Assembly: GCA_046045965.1 (NCBI GenBank)
Contig: JBJOKS010000018.1
Coordinates: forward strand, 32,001 to 96,000
Reading direction: 5' to 3'
DNA from: Cyanobacteriota bacterium
GTDB lineage: Bacteria; Cyanobacteriota; Cyanobacteriia; Cyanobacteriales; Nostocaceae
DNA: 64,000 nt
Under the pieces are notes generated by a model. The model was not told the DNA's origin. It saw only the letters and a list, made by a program, of their open reading frames with translations, and made no database searches. The position numbers were made by a program, and so were the translations under genes. This document shows positions 11,301 through 21,175 of this stretch, piece after piece (positions within the stretch are counted from its first letter, which is position 1; each line of letters opens with the position of its first letter).

Positions 11301-11986
11301 AAGTAAACATCGGGGTTTTGGGCTGTTCCTCTTAATACTGGTTTATCAGGAGTTAAAGCCCGTGAGCGATGGTTTATTACTAATTCTATGGGGATGATTT
11401 TTTGTAAGTCTTCGGTTGTTAATGTTTCTACTTTATCTACTTCGTGAGAGGTGCGAAAACCATCAAAAAAGTGTAAGAAAGGAATGCGAGATTCTAAAGT
11501 TGCACGGGTAGAAATAACGGCAAAATCTTGAGCTTCTTGCACAGAAGCAGCGCATAACATGGCAAAACCGGTACTTCTAGCGGCCATGACATCACTATGA
11601 TCACCAAAAATTGATAATGCCTGTGCTGCAAGCGATCGCGCCGCAATATGAAATACTGTAGGTGTAAGTTCACCGGCAATTTTGTACATATTCGGGATCA
11701 TTAACATTAATCCCTGGGATGCTGTAAATGTGGTAGTTAGTGAACCGGTTTGTAAAGCACCATGTACAGCGCCGGCAACTCCTCCTTCACTCTGCAACTG
11801 TACTACGGTGGGAACACTACCCCAAATATTGGGTTTATTTTCACTCATCCAAGCATCAGACCATTCAGCCATCGGTGAAGATGGTGTAATGGGATAAATA
11901 GCAATAACTTCATTGAGTGGGTAGACAACTTTGGCAACTGCTTCGTTACCGTCTATGGTGGCATAAGTTCTAGTTTTCATATTCAT
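8345..11986 (-). CDS. nifJ: Pyruvate:ferredoxin (flavodoxin) oxidoreductase
   Basis: YPITPSS, QSEGG, two CxxCxxCxxxCP motifs, GACGGCGE, GGDGWAYDIG TPP motif. Confidence 0.97.
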   Translation of the reverse strand: MNMKTRTYATIDGNEAVAKVVYPLNEVIAIYPITPSSPMAEWSDAWMSENKPNIWGSVPTVVQLQSEGGVAGAVHGALQTGSLTTTFTASQGLMLMIPNMYKIAGELTPTVFHIAARSLAAQALSIFGDHSDVMAARSTGFAMLCAASVQEAQDFAVISTRATLESRIPFLHFFDGFRTSHEVDKVETLTTEDLQKIIPIELVINHRSRALTPDKPVLRGTAQNPDVYFQARETVNPFYLACPDITQKVMDEFAAITRRQYKLFEYHGDPEAERIIILMGSGCETVHETVDYLKKQGEKVGVIKVRLYRPFDTQRFIDALPKTTRSIAVLDRTKEPGAIGEPLYTDVVTALAENQLNNIQVVGGRYGLSSKEFTPAMVKAVFDNLIPPTPLNKGDKGGSPKNHFTVGINDDVTHTSLEYDPEFNIESDSIVRAIFYGLGADGTVGANKNSIKIIGEETDNYAQGYFVYDSKKSGSVTVSHLRFGPQQIRSTYLITKANFVACHQWEFVEKFPMLKDIVPGGTFLLNSPYNKDEVWDKLPASMQEEIITKNLKFYVINAYKVAREAGMGGHINTVMQVCFFAVSGVLPREEAIAQIKKSIRKTYGKKGEEIVQMNIQAVDKTLDNLYEITTKELKKELSPVTCQLSPIPHYAPAFVRDVLGKMIAREGDDLPVSALPCDGSYPTGTSKWEKRNIAQEIPVWDSDVCIQCGKCVMVCPHSVIRGKVYEPEQLENAPTTFKSANAKEHDWHDLKFTIQVAAEDCTGCALCVDVCPAKNKAEPRKKAINMEPQRPLREAERENWDFFLSLPNPDRRNLKLNRINQQQMQEPLFEFSGACGGCGETPYIKLVTQLFGDRMIVANATGCSSIYGGNLPTTPWTTNAEGRGPAWSNSLFEDNAEFGLGFRVSIDKQAEMAAYLLQQLAPQIGDNLVTAILNAEQKDEADIYEQRERVSILKAKLDELLNNTDFTNLKSQIQNLKSLADYLVKKSVWIIGGDGWAYDIGYGGLDHVIASGRNVNILVLDTEVYSNTGGQMSKSTPKGAVAKFAAGGKPAAKKDLGLIAMTYGNVYVASVAMGARDEHTLKAFLEAEAYDGPSLIIAYSHCVAHGINMATAMQNQKAAVDSGRWLLYRYHPDRVEQGQNPLQLDSRTPRIPVENSMYMENRFKMLTKINPEKAKEFLQEAQSDVNTRWQMYQYLAARKLQEVQENKQPKAVK
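10791..10832. repeat. 42-bp palindromic small dispersed repeat inserted in frame in nifJ
   Basis: GATCCCCC..CCCCCTT-att-AAGGGGG..GGGGGATC; encodes IPPTPLNKGDKGGS. Confidence 0.7.
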
Positions 11987-12095
11987 TAACCTTTGAGAAT
12001 TTTTAAACTATGGATCATAAAGTAAATGGAAAAAAATCGAACCCAGTCCCCAGTCCCCAGTATCCTGGTGTCTATCTTGAAACTAAACTGAAAAT

Positions 12096-12114
12096 TTGAG
12101 GAACTTGTGAGGAA
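12096..12114 (-). promoter_or_regulatory. Direct-repeat box TTCCTCA-CAAG-TTCCTCA-A, copy 1 (faces nifJ)
   Basis: Minus strand TTCCTCACAAGTTCCTCAA, 10 nt, then TAGTTT. Confidence 0.85.
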
Positions 12115-12212
12115 AACCTGTACTTGATGATCTTGTATACAAATTTCTCGGAAGTCCTGTTTAAGTTTTGACTTAAGTATTCAGTTATCAGCTATAGAGT
12201 ATATTTTTCTCC

Positions 12213-12231
12213 TTCCTCACAAGTTCCTCAA
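12213..12231 (+). promoter_or_regulatory. Direct-repeat box copy 2 (faces 12378 gene)
   Basis: TTCCTCACAAGTTCCTCAA, 10 nt, then TAAATT. Confidence 0.85.
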
Positions 12232-12377
12232 CTTCTAGTTCTAAATTAATAGTAGATTAAGGACTAATCGGTTAAGACTTGTATAACAAGGTTGTAGGAA
12301 ATTCCTACATTAATTTTTAATACCAAGTTGGAGACAGGGTTGCCATCAAAATATTAACTTCATTTCCACCAAAACCT

Positions 12378-12782
12378 ATGATTGACAATGTACTGCCAAT
12401 GAATATTGTCAGGAAGATTAATCAGGAGATAACAATCAGTGGACAAATTACACCAGAACAGCTACAAAAGCTGGCTGATGATGGTTATAAGTCTGTCCTA
12501 AATCTGTGTTTTGCCGATGAACAAGGCTCCTGGAAAAGCGAACAGGAAGAAACTGAATTTCTAGGATTATGTTATGTCAATCAGCCTACAAAAATTGAAA
12601 ATCTAACTCTTCAAGGTGCAAGCCAGGTTTTTCAAATTATTAACGAATTGCCTAAACCACTGCTGATACATTGTAATAATTCCAAACGATCAGCAGCTAT
12701 AGTATTATTATATATTTCTACTAAACAAGGAATTAATTTTGAGCAGGTCTGGCAACAGGCTATCAATTTAGACTTGCTATAG
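12378..12782 (+). CDS. DUF442/Blh-like phosphatase or sulfurtransferase-fold protein
   Basis: ISGQITPEQL..GYKSVLNL, PLLIHCNNSKRS; start may be 12399. Confidence 0.75.
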   Translation: MIDNVLPMNIVRKINQEITISGQITPEQLQKLADDGYKSVLNLCFADEQGSWKSEQEETEFLGLCYVNQPTKIENLTLQGASQVFQIINELPKPLLIHCNNSKRSAAIVLLYISTKQGINFEQVWQQAINLDLL

Positions 12783-12790
12783 GTAAGAAT

Positions 12791-12832
<42 letters not shown>

Positions 12833-12882
12833 GAGGAAAGGGGAGGAATGGTGAAAAGTATTCCCGTACCTCCCGCGTCTTC

Positions 12883-13176
12883 TTAGTTAGTGCTGAAGAC
12901 TTGAGATGAAGCTACCCGATGAGTGGTATTAACAGATGGTAATTTCTGTTTAGTAGCAGATGCTGATGCTGTGACAACGTGGCTGTTTTCTTTCATTAAA
13001 CGGCTATAAGTACGCTGGGGAATATAATGCAGTGGATTATAGCCAATAAAACGTAAAATCAACACACAAGCCCAAGAATATCTACCATCAGCAATAACTT
13101 CAATAATCTGATTTAATTCTTCAGGTGTAATAACATTCTCAAAAGTAGCTGGAGAAGAAGAAATTCGGTAGTTCAT
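12883..13176 (-). CDS. HetP-family protein (short paralog)
   Basis: [29 protein letters not shown] signature. Confidence 0.85.
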   Translation of the reverse strand: MNYRISSSPATFENVITPEELNQIIEVIADGRYSWACVLILRFIGYNPLHYIPQRTYSRLMKENSHVVTASASATKQKLPSVNTTHRVASSQVFSTN

Positions 13177-13222
13177 AACTAGCCCTGATATAACTGGTAT
13201 TATTGGAGATTTGGCGTTACAT

Positions 13223-13332
13223 TACAGCAGAATATGGCTTACGCCACGCTATCAGGAGTCAGGGGTGAAACGGGCGAATGTCTATAGGTTTCAATTTTGA
13301 TTCTGTACCTGATTGATCTGTAATCTGCTGTA
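13223..13332. mobile_element. Degenerate MITE-like element
   Basis: TACAGCAGA...TCTGCTGTA terminal inverted repeats with internal TGTACCT, as in common Nostoc MITEs. Confidence 0.4.
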
Positions 13333-14097
13333 TCTGCGGAATGATCTGATCTATTGACATGGTTGTATAATCGCCAAAAGTTCTGAAATCAAGTGAACTA
13401 GAAATTTAGCGATCGCTGGCAACTATGCCCAAATTATCGAACAATAAAGATGTATGAAGTAATCCTAATGACTAAAGATTTAGCTTCACTTTTCGGTAGT
13501 TAAATTCAAGCTGATCAACTTGCTTTATCATTATTTTTATCTTACTAATTCCCCCTTAGATTACATTTATGTAAATTCTAGACCAAGGTTATTTATGTTA
13601 ATGTCTCAGTCAATTGTCTGATAAAAAAATAGGGAACACAAACAATCATCTGATATGCAGAATACTATTTTTTTTTAAGCATTTTAGCCAAGTTGGCAAT
13701 TTTTATATAAAGAAATTATAGTTGATGGCAATTTTTGTATATTTATAAAATGCCTATTTAAATAGTGTCACATGGGGAGTTTACAAAATTACAACTAGCA
13801 GCTATTGAAAGAGACAGGTAAAAAAATTAGACTAAATAACTTTACTTGCTAGTTAGCTAAAAGGTGACTTTAGTATGGGTAAAATGATAGACAATAGTTA
13901 CTAACTAAACCATATTGTTCTCTATCTCAGGAATTACTTTATGGTTTCACACTTGAGTTAGATGCGATAATTTTGACAATTTATATATAATCGCAGAGGA
14001 TAATACACCTCACCTAAACCATCATCTAAAACTACTGTGGTTTTTTTTGAGGGTAGAAAAATGAGGTCTTAACCTAGTGATGGTTGGTTAATTTCCT

Positions 14098-16533
14098 ATG
14101 TATGAATTATTTCAAGCTATTTTAAACAGTGAGGAAAAAACTGAGATACTTCAGTTTCTCTTGACTTTAAACACTACGGATAAACGTTACTTTTTAAGAA
14201 ATGAAATTTTGCAATTTTTTGGATATTATTGTCATCAGTCCCAAAAACCTGCTTATTTTTACCACTCTTCTTCTCTAGGTACACTCATTCACTATACCCA
14301 TGAAATAATTCTAGAAAGTGAAAATACTTGGTTTGTGGTCAGGCCAAAAATTGCGAGTCAAGAAGTATGGAGACTAACCGCAGATTTTACGAAGTTTGAT
14401 TTAATGACACCGAAAGAATTTTTAGATGTGAGCGATCGCTTAGTCAACCGTTACCAATCTCACATTCTAGAAATCGATCTCCACCCATTTTATCAAACAT
14501 CTCCAAGAATTACCGATCCTAGAAACATTGGTCAAGGTCTAACCTTCCTGAACCATTATCTATGCAATGAATTTGTCACAGATCCTCAGTATTGGCTAGA
14601 AAAATTGTTTCAAGCCTTACAAGGAATAGAATATAATGGCATTAGGCTGTTAATTGGCGATCGCATTCATTCCGGTATTAAGTTTGCTAAACAAATTAAA
14701 CCAGCTATCACCTTTTTAAGTCAAATTCCCCCCAACGAACCCTACACACAGTTTCGTTTTCAACTCCAACAACTTGGTTTTGAAGCTGGTTGGGGTCATA
14801 ATGCAGCGCGAGTTAGGGAAACCCTAGAACTCTTACAAAGACTCATAGACACCCCCCAACCCTCCATCCTGGAAGCTTTTGTAGCGCGTATTCCCGCAGT
14901 TTTTCGTGTTGTTCTTGTTTCTATACATGGGTGGGTAGCGCAAGAAGACGTTTTAGGACGAGAAGAAACATTAGGTCAAGTTATTTATGTGCTTGAACAA
15001 GCACGCAGCTTAGAAAACAAACTCCGAGAGGAAATTAAACTTGCTGGACTTGACCTCTTGGGTATCAAACCTCATGTAATTATTCTGACTCGCCTCATTC
15101 CCAACTGTCAAGGAACATTTTGTGACCTGCGTTTAGAAAAAGTTGACAATACAGAAAATGCTTGGATTTTGCGGGTTCCATTTACAAATTTAAACTCAGA
15201 TGTTGAACCAGAAATTACCAATAACTGGATTTCTAAATTTGAAATTTGGCCTTATTTAGAAAAGTTTTCCCAAGATGCAGAAAAAGAACTATTAGCGCAA
15301 TTTTCAGGCAAACCAAACTTGATTATTGGTAACTACACCGATGGTAATTTAGTGGCGTTTCTTCTCTCCCATAGTTTGAAAGTTACCCAATGCAATATTG
15401 CTCATGCCTTAGAAAAACCAAAACACTTATTTAGTAACTTATACTGGCAAGATTTAGAAGAAATATATCACTTCTCAGCCCAATTTACTGCTGATTTGAT
15501 TAGCATGAATGCGGCAGATTTTATCATAGCTTCCACCTATCAAGAAATTGTGGGTACACCAGACACAATGGGACAATATGAATCCTATAAATGTTTTACA
15601 ATGCCTGAATTATATCATGTAGTTGATGGCATTGATTTATTTAACCCTAAATTTAATATGGTACCTCCGGGAGTAAGTGAAACATTCTTTTTTCCCTATA
15701 ACCAAACAAAAGATAGAAATATTCAAGAAACCCAAGAAATTGAAAATCTACTTTTTCAAAATCAAGATGATCACATTTTCGGTAACATAGACGATATCAA
15801 CAAAAGACCAATTTTTGCAGTAGCACCCATTACCTCAATTAAAAACCTGACTGGTTTGGTTGAATGTTTTGGCAAAAGTGAGGAGTTAAAAACACGGTGT
15901 AACCTGATTTTATTAACCAGTAAATTATATGCAGATGAAGCCACAAACCCAGAAGAAGCCAGAGAAATTGCCAAACTGCACAACATTATTAACGAGTATC
16001 ATCTACAAGGTAAAATCCGCTGGTTAGGAATGCGCTTACCTAGCCAAAAAATCGGGGAAGCTTATCGGATAATTGCCGATCATGGCGGTATTTATATTCA
16101 TTTTGCCCTTTATGAAGCCTTTGGTCGCAGCATTTTAGAAGCAATGATTTCCGGTTTACCAACCTTTGCTACTAAATTTGGTGGTTCATTAGAAATTATC
16201 GAAGATTGGCAAAATGGATTTCATCTCAACCCCACAGACTTAGAAGGTACAGCCAAGACAATTATTACTTTCTTAGATAAATGTGATGCTAACCCAGAAT
16301 ATTGGCAAGAAACATCCCAATGGATGATCCAAAGAATTCGCCATAAATACAACTGGAAATCACACACAGAACAATTATTATTATTAACTAAAACCTTTAG
16401 TTTTTGGAACTTCATCGCCCCCGAAGACAACGACGCAAGAGATAGATATATGGAAACATTATTTTATCTCATTTATAAACCCAGAGCCGAAAAGATTTTA
16501 GCACAACATCAAAGACAATATGCTCACACTTGA
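14098..16533 (+). CDS. susB: Sucrose synthase (SusB-like, GT4)
   Basis: GFEAGWG, GQVIYVLEQAR, WISKFEIWPYLE, IAHALEK, GQYESY, YEAFG..LEAMISGLPTFAT. Confidence 0.85.
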   Translation: MYELFQAILNSEEKTEILQFLLTLNTTDKRYFLRNEILQFFGYYCHQSQKPAYFYHSSSLGTLIHYTHEIILESENTWFVVRPKIASQEVWRLTADFTKFDLMTPKEFLDVSDRLVNRYQSHILEIDLHPFYQTSPRITDPRNIGQGLTFLNHYLCNEFVTDPQYWLEKLFQALQGIEYNGIRLLIGDRIHSGIKFAKQIKPAITFLSQIPPNEPYTQFRFQLQQLGFEAGWGHNAARVRETLELLQRLIDTPQPSILEAFVARIPAVFRVVLVSIHGWVAQEDVLGREETLGQVIYVLEQARSLENKLREEIKLAGLDLLGIKPHVIILTRLIPNCQGTFCDLRLEKVDNTENAWILRVPFTNLNSDVEPEITNNWISKFEIWPYLEKFSQDAEKELLAQFSGKPNLIIGNYTDGNLVAFLLSHSLKVTQCNIAHALEKPKHLFSNLYWQDLEEIYHFSAQFTADLISMNAADFIIASTYQEIVGTPDTMGQYESYKCFTMPELYHVVDGIDLFNPKFNMVPPGVSETFFFPYNQTKDRNIQETQEIENLLFQNQDDHIFGNIDDINKRPIFAVAPITSIKNLTGLVECFGKSEELKTRCNLILLTSKLYADEATNPEEAREIAKLHNIINEYHLQGKIRWLGMRLPSQKIGEAYRIIADHGGIYIHFALYEAFGRSILEAMISGLPTFATKFGGSLEIIEDWQNGFHLNPTDLEGTAKTIITFLDKCDANPEYWQETSQWMIQRIRHKYNWKSHTEQLLLLTKTFSFWNFIAPEDNDARDRYMETLFYLIYKPRAEKILAQHQRQYAHT

Positions 16534-16636
16534 AAATTAACAACAAACTTATATTTCTCCTTCTTCTCTCTTCTCTCTTTCTCTGCGCCTCTGCGTGAGA
16601 TAAATTCCCTTCATTCTTCAAGAAATAATTATAAAA

Positions 16637-19534
16637 ATGGAAAACAAACGCGATTTTATTTACACAGATTGGATCTTAATAGAAAACCAATTTAACCCTG
16701 ACGAATTACACGCCAGAGAAACGATCTTTAGCATCGGTAACGGTTATTTAGGAACAAGAGGAAACTTTGAAGAAAGCTATCCTCGTGCATTATCAGCTAC
16801 ATTCATTCATGGTGTTTATGACGATGTTCCTGTAGTTTATACCGAACTGGCTAACTGTCCAGACTGGTTACCATTGGTAGTGCTGATTGATGGCGAACGC
16901 TTTCGTCTCGATCAAGGTAAAATATTGCAGTACCACCGCGAGCTTGACCTGCATCAAGGGGTTCTCAGCCGTTCTCTGCGTTGGCGTAGTCCCACGGGAA
17001 AAACCATAGATATCAGCTTTGAACGCTTTGCAAGTTTAGCGGATCATCATGTATTAGGGCAACGCTGCCAGTTAACAACAGTAGATTTTCATGGATTAAT
17101 TGAAATTCAAGCCAGTATCAACGGCTACCCAGAAAATAAAGGTTTCAATCATTGGGAAGGACTAGACCAAGGGAAAATTGACAAAGGGTTCTGGTTACAC
17201 AGTCGCACTCGCTACTCCCGCATTGATATCGGAATGGCTGCAAAAATGAGCATATCAGGAATTGAAGCGGCTATGCAAGTCAATACTGCTCCTGGTTATC
17301 CTAGCATCAGCGCCACTTTTTTCTCTGAACCACAGCAGACCGTAACCATAGAAAAGATTGTTACAGTTTTTACTTCGCGCGATGTTGTAGAACCAGTGTC
17401 AGCCGCACAGTCAAAACTTGCCCAGATACAAGATTATATGACTCTACGTGATGCCAATCAACAAGCATGGGCTGAGGTTTGGCAGCAAAGCGACATTACG
17501 ATTGAGGGAGATAGCAAAGCTGCTTTTGCTGTGCGTTATAATTTGTTTCAATTATTAATTGCTGCTCCCCGTGATGATGATAGAGTGAGTATTCCCGCTA
17601 AAACCCTATCTGGATTCGGTTATCACGGTCATATTTTTTGGGATACGGAAATCTTTATTCTACCATTTTTTACATTTACTCAACCTGCATTAGCTCGGAA
17701 TTTACTGACTTACCGCTATCATACTTTAGATGGGGCGCGACGGAAAGCGATACATTATGGATATCAAGGAGCAATGTACGCTTGGGAAAGTGCAGTGACG
17801 GGGGATGAAGTAACACCACGTTGGGCGCTATTGAGTGATTATTATGCTGAGGATATACGTATTTGGTGCCGCGATCGCGAAATTCATATTAGCTCAGTTA
17901 TCCCCTATGCTGTATGGTACTATTGGCGAGTGACTGGGGACGATGAATGGCTGAGAGATTATGGTGCGGAGGTAATTCTAGATACCGCAATTTTCTGGTC
18001 AAGTCGCGTTGAATTTAATTCTCAGACTCAACGTTATGAAATACGTAGTGTTATCGGTGCGGACGAATACCATGAGTTAGTGCATAACAATACTTTTACT
18101 AACCGTATAGTCCAGTGGCATTTGGAAAAAGCTTGTATAGTTTATGAGTGGTTACGTCGTATTTTCCCGGAACGTGCTGAGGAACTAGAGAAAAAATTGC
18201 AGCTGACTGACAAAATTAGACATAATTGGCCAGAAATCATTGATAAAATCTGGATTCCTTACGACGCAGAAACAGGACTAATTGAGCAATTTGAGGGATT
18301 TTTCCAATTAGATGATATTAACTTAGCAGACTATGAACCGCGTCAAAAGTCAATGCAAGCAATTTTAGGTATTGAAGGTGCAAACAAACACCAGGTTCTA
18401 AAGCAGCCTGATGTTTTAATGCTACTTTATCTTATGCGTGAATCTGCGGAAGTTCCTTACAGCAAAAAAATATTAGAAGTAAATTGGAATTACTACGCAC
18501 CCCGCACGGATATTACTTATGGTTCTTCCCTTGGTCCAGCTATTCACGCCATTTTAGCCGCAGATTTAGGTAAAACCCAAGAAGCTTACGAACGCTTTAT
18601 GCAAGCGGCGATGGTGGATTTGGAAGATATGCGGGGGAACACAAATGAAGGTATTCACGCTGCTAGTGCTGGAGGCGTTTGGCAAGCTATAGTTTTTGGT
18701 TTTGGAGGTATCCAATTTACAAATAATCAGCCCGTAGCTCATCCCCATTTACCTCCTGGTTGGACACGCTTAAAGTTTAAATTATACTGGCGTGGTCAAT
18801 GGCATGATTTTGATTTACGCCAGGAATTAGGGACTGGGAAAGAATCTGCTACTAACATTCAAGGTGTGATTTTTGATTTAGATGGTGTGTTAACGGATAC
18901 AGCAGAATATCACTATCAAGCTTGGCAGAAGTTAGCAGATGAGGAAGGTATACCTTTTAACCGTCAAGCTAATGAGGCGTTGCGGGGAATTTCTCGCCGT
19001 GCTTCGCTACTGTTAATTATTGGCGATAGGCGATATTCTGATACACAGATACAAGAGATGATGGAGCGCAAAAATGATTACTATGTGGAATTAATTCAAA
19101 ATATCACCCCTGATAATTTGTTACCAGGTGCAGTTTCTTTATTAGATGATTTGCGACAAGCTGGGTTAAAGATAGCTCTTGGTTCAGCGAGTAAAAATGC
19201 TCGTGTAGTAGTTGAAAAGTTGGGGATTAGTGATAAATTGGATGCGATCGCTGATGGTTATAGTGTGCAGAAACCCAAACCCGCACCGGATTTATTTTTG
19301 TTTGCAGCCCAGCAGTTAGGACTTCCAGCAAACCAATGTGTAGTGTTTGAAGATGCGTCCGCAGGTATAGATGCAGCTTTAGCCGCAGGTATGTGGGCGG
19401 TGGGTATGGGACCACCGGAAAGGGTGGGAACTGCTCACATTGTTTTACCCAATTTAGCAGGGATGACTTGGGAAAAATTACAGGGCAAATTTAGGGATAT
19501 TGCGTTACAAAAACGGACTGCTGTGGGTGTTTGA
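16637..19534 (+). CDS. GH65 glycoside phosphorylase fused to beta-phosphoglucomutase (HAD)
   Basis: GNGYLGTRG, YHGHIFWDTE, GADEYHE, KQPDV, SSL; C-terminal FDLDGVLTDT, KPAPDLFL, VFEDA. Confidence 0.92.
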   Translation: MENKRDFIYTDWILIENQFNPDELHARETIFSIGNGYLGTRGNFEESYPRALSATFIHGVYDDVPVVYTELANCPDWLPLVVLIDGERFRLDQGKILQYHRELDLHQGVLSRSLRWRSPTGKTIDISFERFASLADHHVLGQRCQLTTVDFHGLIEIQASINGYPENKGFNHWEGLDQGKIDKGFWLHSRTRYSRIDIGMAAKMSISGIEAAMQVNTAPGYPSISATFFSEPQQTVTIEKIVTVFTSRDVVEPVSAAQSKLAQIQDYMTLRDANQQAWAEVWQQSDITIEGDSKAAFAVRYNLFQLLIAAPRDDDRVSIPAKTLSGFGYHGHIFWDTEIFILPFFTFTQPALARNLLTYRYHTLDGARRKAIHYGYQGAMYAWESAVTGDEVTPRWALLSDYYAEDIRIWCRDREIHISSVIPYAVWYYWRVTGDDEWLRDYGAEVILDTAIFWSSRVEFNSQTQRYEIRSVIGADEYHELVHNNTFTNRIVQWHLEKACIVYEWLRRIFPERAEELEKKLQLTDKIRHNWPEIIDKIWIPYDAETGLIEQFEGFFQLDDINLADYEPRQKSMQAILGIEGANKHQVLKQPDVLMLLYLMRESAEVPYSKKILEVNWNYYAPRTDITYGSSLGPAIHAILAADLGKTQEAYERFMQAAMVDLEDMRGNTNEGIHAASAGGVWQAIVFGFGGIQFTNNQPVAHPHLPPGWTRLKFKLYWRGQWHDFDLRQELGTGKESATNIQGVIFDLDGVLTDTAEYHYQAWQKLADEEGIPFNRQANEALRGISRRASLLLIIGDRRYSDTQIQEMMERKNDYYVELIQNITPDNLLPGAVSLLDDLRQAGLKIALGSASKNARVVVEKLGISDKLDAIADGYSVQKPKPAPDLFLFAAQQLGLPANQCVVFEDASAGIDAALAAGMWAVGMGPPERVGTAHIVLPNLAGMTWEKLQGKFRDIALQKRTAVGV

Positions 19535-19549
19535 TAGTTGACTTTTTCA

Positions 19550-19581
19550 AGATTCCCGGCTTATTTAATAAGTCAGGAATC
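19550..19581. terminator. Hairpin between convergent genes
   Basis: AGATTCC..CTTATT-t-AATAAG..GGAATCT. Confidence 0.5.
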
Positions 19582-19589
19582 TATCTTTA

Positions 19590-19952
19590 TTATGGCAAAT
19601 TAACTAAAAAATCAGGTACTTCCAAAACATGAAAATATACCAACAAAGCCACCACAATTGTATAAAGTGTAGAACCACCCAAACCCAAAATTAAATCTCG
19701 TTTTAAATTGCGGTTTTCTTCTTTAAAAAACATATCCATAGCTCCCATTTGCATCATTACAATACCCAACACATTTGAGAGCCAATAGCCCATAATTGTA
19801 AACGGTAAAAACCAATCCGGCTTTGCCCAACTTACCAGATAACCAAACAATAAAGCAATTGGTAAATTAAAAAATACATCATTCCACCAGGATAAAGGCG
19901 ATAACATATAGCCTATTCCCACAAATAAACTACCACGCAATTTTTTAAACAT
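19590..19952 (-). CDS. Conserved small membrane protein
   Basis: Three hydrophobic segments, LSPLSWWND motif; AGGAGG upstream. Confidence 0.7.
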   Translation of the reverse strand: MFKKLRGSLFVGIGYMLSPLSWWNDVFFNLPIALLFGYLVSWAKPDWFLPFTIMGYWLSNVLGIVMMQMGAMDMFFKEENRNLKRDLILGLGGSTLYTIVVALLVYFHVLEVPDFLVNLP

Positions 19953-19990
19953 TTATTTATCCTCCTATTAATGTTACTTAACTTAATAAA

Positions 19991-20659
19991 TCAAAAACTC
20001 AAATCAGGTAAATCATCAGCTTTATTGAGGATAAATAAACTTTCATCTCCTCCTCTGCCAATTCTTAATGTTTCATCTAAGTAAGTAATATCAAGAGTTG
20101 CAACTCTACCTTTAGGTCCAGTAGCAGCTACGACTTTAAATGGATTTAGTTGAGGAGTGTTAACACCTATAATCTTATCAATCGCTAAATAGCGTTTATC
20201 AAAATAAACATTTATTCGCTTATCTGGTAAACTAGATGTATCTAAATCAGGTTCAAATCTAGCTGTTACTTTCACATATCCTGAGATAAATTTGAGGGGA
20301 TGTTTGACATAAGCAAGGTTAAAAAACTGTGCATCAGCCACATTAATGACTTGATAAACCTTACCTATTTGTAAACCTAGAGGTAGAGAATCTAAAGCCC
20401 GAATTTCTCTAGCTGTAGAGTATTGTAATTGCCAAGCTCCATTTAATAAATTAATAGCATTCTGGAGTGGTTGCGGATGGGGATTAAGACTTTCTAATTC
20501 AACTGTTAACTGTTCTATTTCTGCGGCTTTAGTTTTGTCAAGTTTTAAATTAGTAATGGGAGAACCATCATCCTGAATTTTAATTTCTTTAATTAATGCT
20601 TGGAACTGTTCTTTCAATGTTTGACGATCCATAAACTGATATTTTGCTATTATTAACAA
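19991..20659 (-). CDS. PAP/fibrillin family protein
   Basis: LESLNP, LNGAWQLQYST, LDITYLDETLRIGRG. Confidence 0.9.
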   Translation of the reverse strand: MLIIAKYQFMDRQTLKEQFQALIKEIKIQDDGSPITNLKLDKTKAAEIEQLTVELESLNPHPQPLQNAINLLNGAWQLQYSTAREIRALDSLPLGLQIGKVYQVINVADAQFFNLAYVKHPLKFISGYVKVTARFEPDLDTSSLPDKRINVYFDKRYLAIDKIIGVNTPQLNPFKVVAATGPKGRVATLDITYLDETLRIGRGGDESLFILNKADDLPDLSF

Positions 20660-20677
20660 ATAAGATTGTAACTCAAA

Positions 20678-21160
20678 ATGGAACTAAAAATTGTAACTTT
20701 AGAAATTCCCGTAGGTTGTAACCTGATATTGGGACAAACCCACTTTATCAAAACTGTAGAGGATTTATATGAAATCATGGTAGGGATATCCTCACAGGTT
20801 AAGTTTGGTATTGCTTTCTGTGAAGCATCAGCAGCTTGTTTGATTAGAATAGCTGGAAATGATGAAAATTTGCAAGAAGTAGCTACTAAAAATGCTCAAG
20901 CTATCAGTGCAGGACATAGTTTTTTAGTTATATTAAAAGACGCTTATCCTATCAATTTTCTCAATGCTATTAAACAATGTCCAGAAGTTTGCAATATTTA
21001 TTGTGCTACTGCTAATCCCGTCCAAGTAATTTTAGCAGAAACTGAACAAGGGCGGGGTATTCTTGGTGTAATTGATGGATTTTCAGCCAAGGATGTAGAA
21101 GGTGATGAAGATATAAAAGCACGTCAAGAATTACTGCGTCATATAGGTTATAAATTGTAG
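20678..21160 (+). CDS. Adenosine-specific kinase family (DUF355)
   Basis: NLILGQTHFIKTVED, FCEAS, CATANP, GRGILGVIDG. Confidence 0.9.
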   Translation: MELKIVTLEIPVGCNLILGQTHFIKTVEDLYEIMVGISSQVKFGIAFCEASAACLIRIAGNDENLQEVATKNAQAISAGHSFLVILKDAYPINFLNAIKQCPEVCNIYCATANPVQVILAETEQGRGILGVIDGFSAKDVEGDEDIKARQELLRHIGYKL

Positions 21161-21175
21161 CTGGGTGGAAAGGAT

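Noticed and set aside
12293..12309. Possible NtcA site
   Set aside because: Spacing is GTA-N9-TAC, not N8
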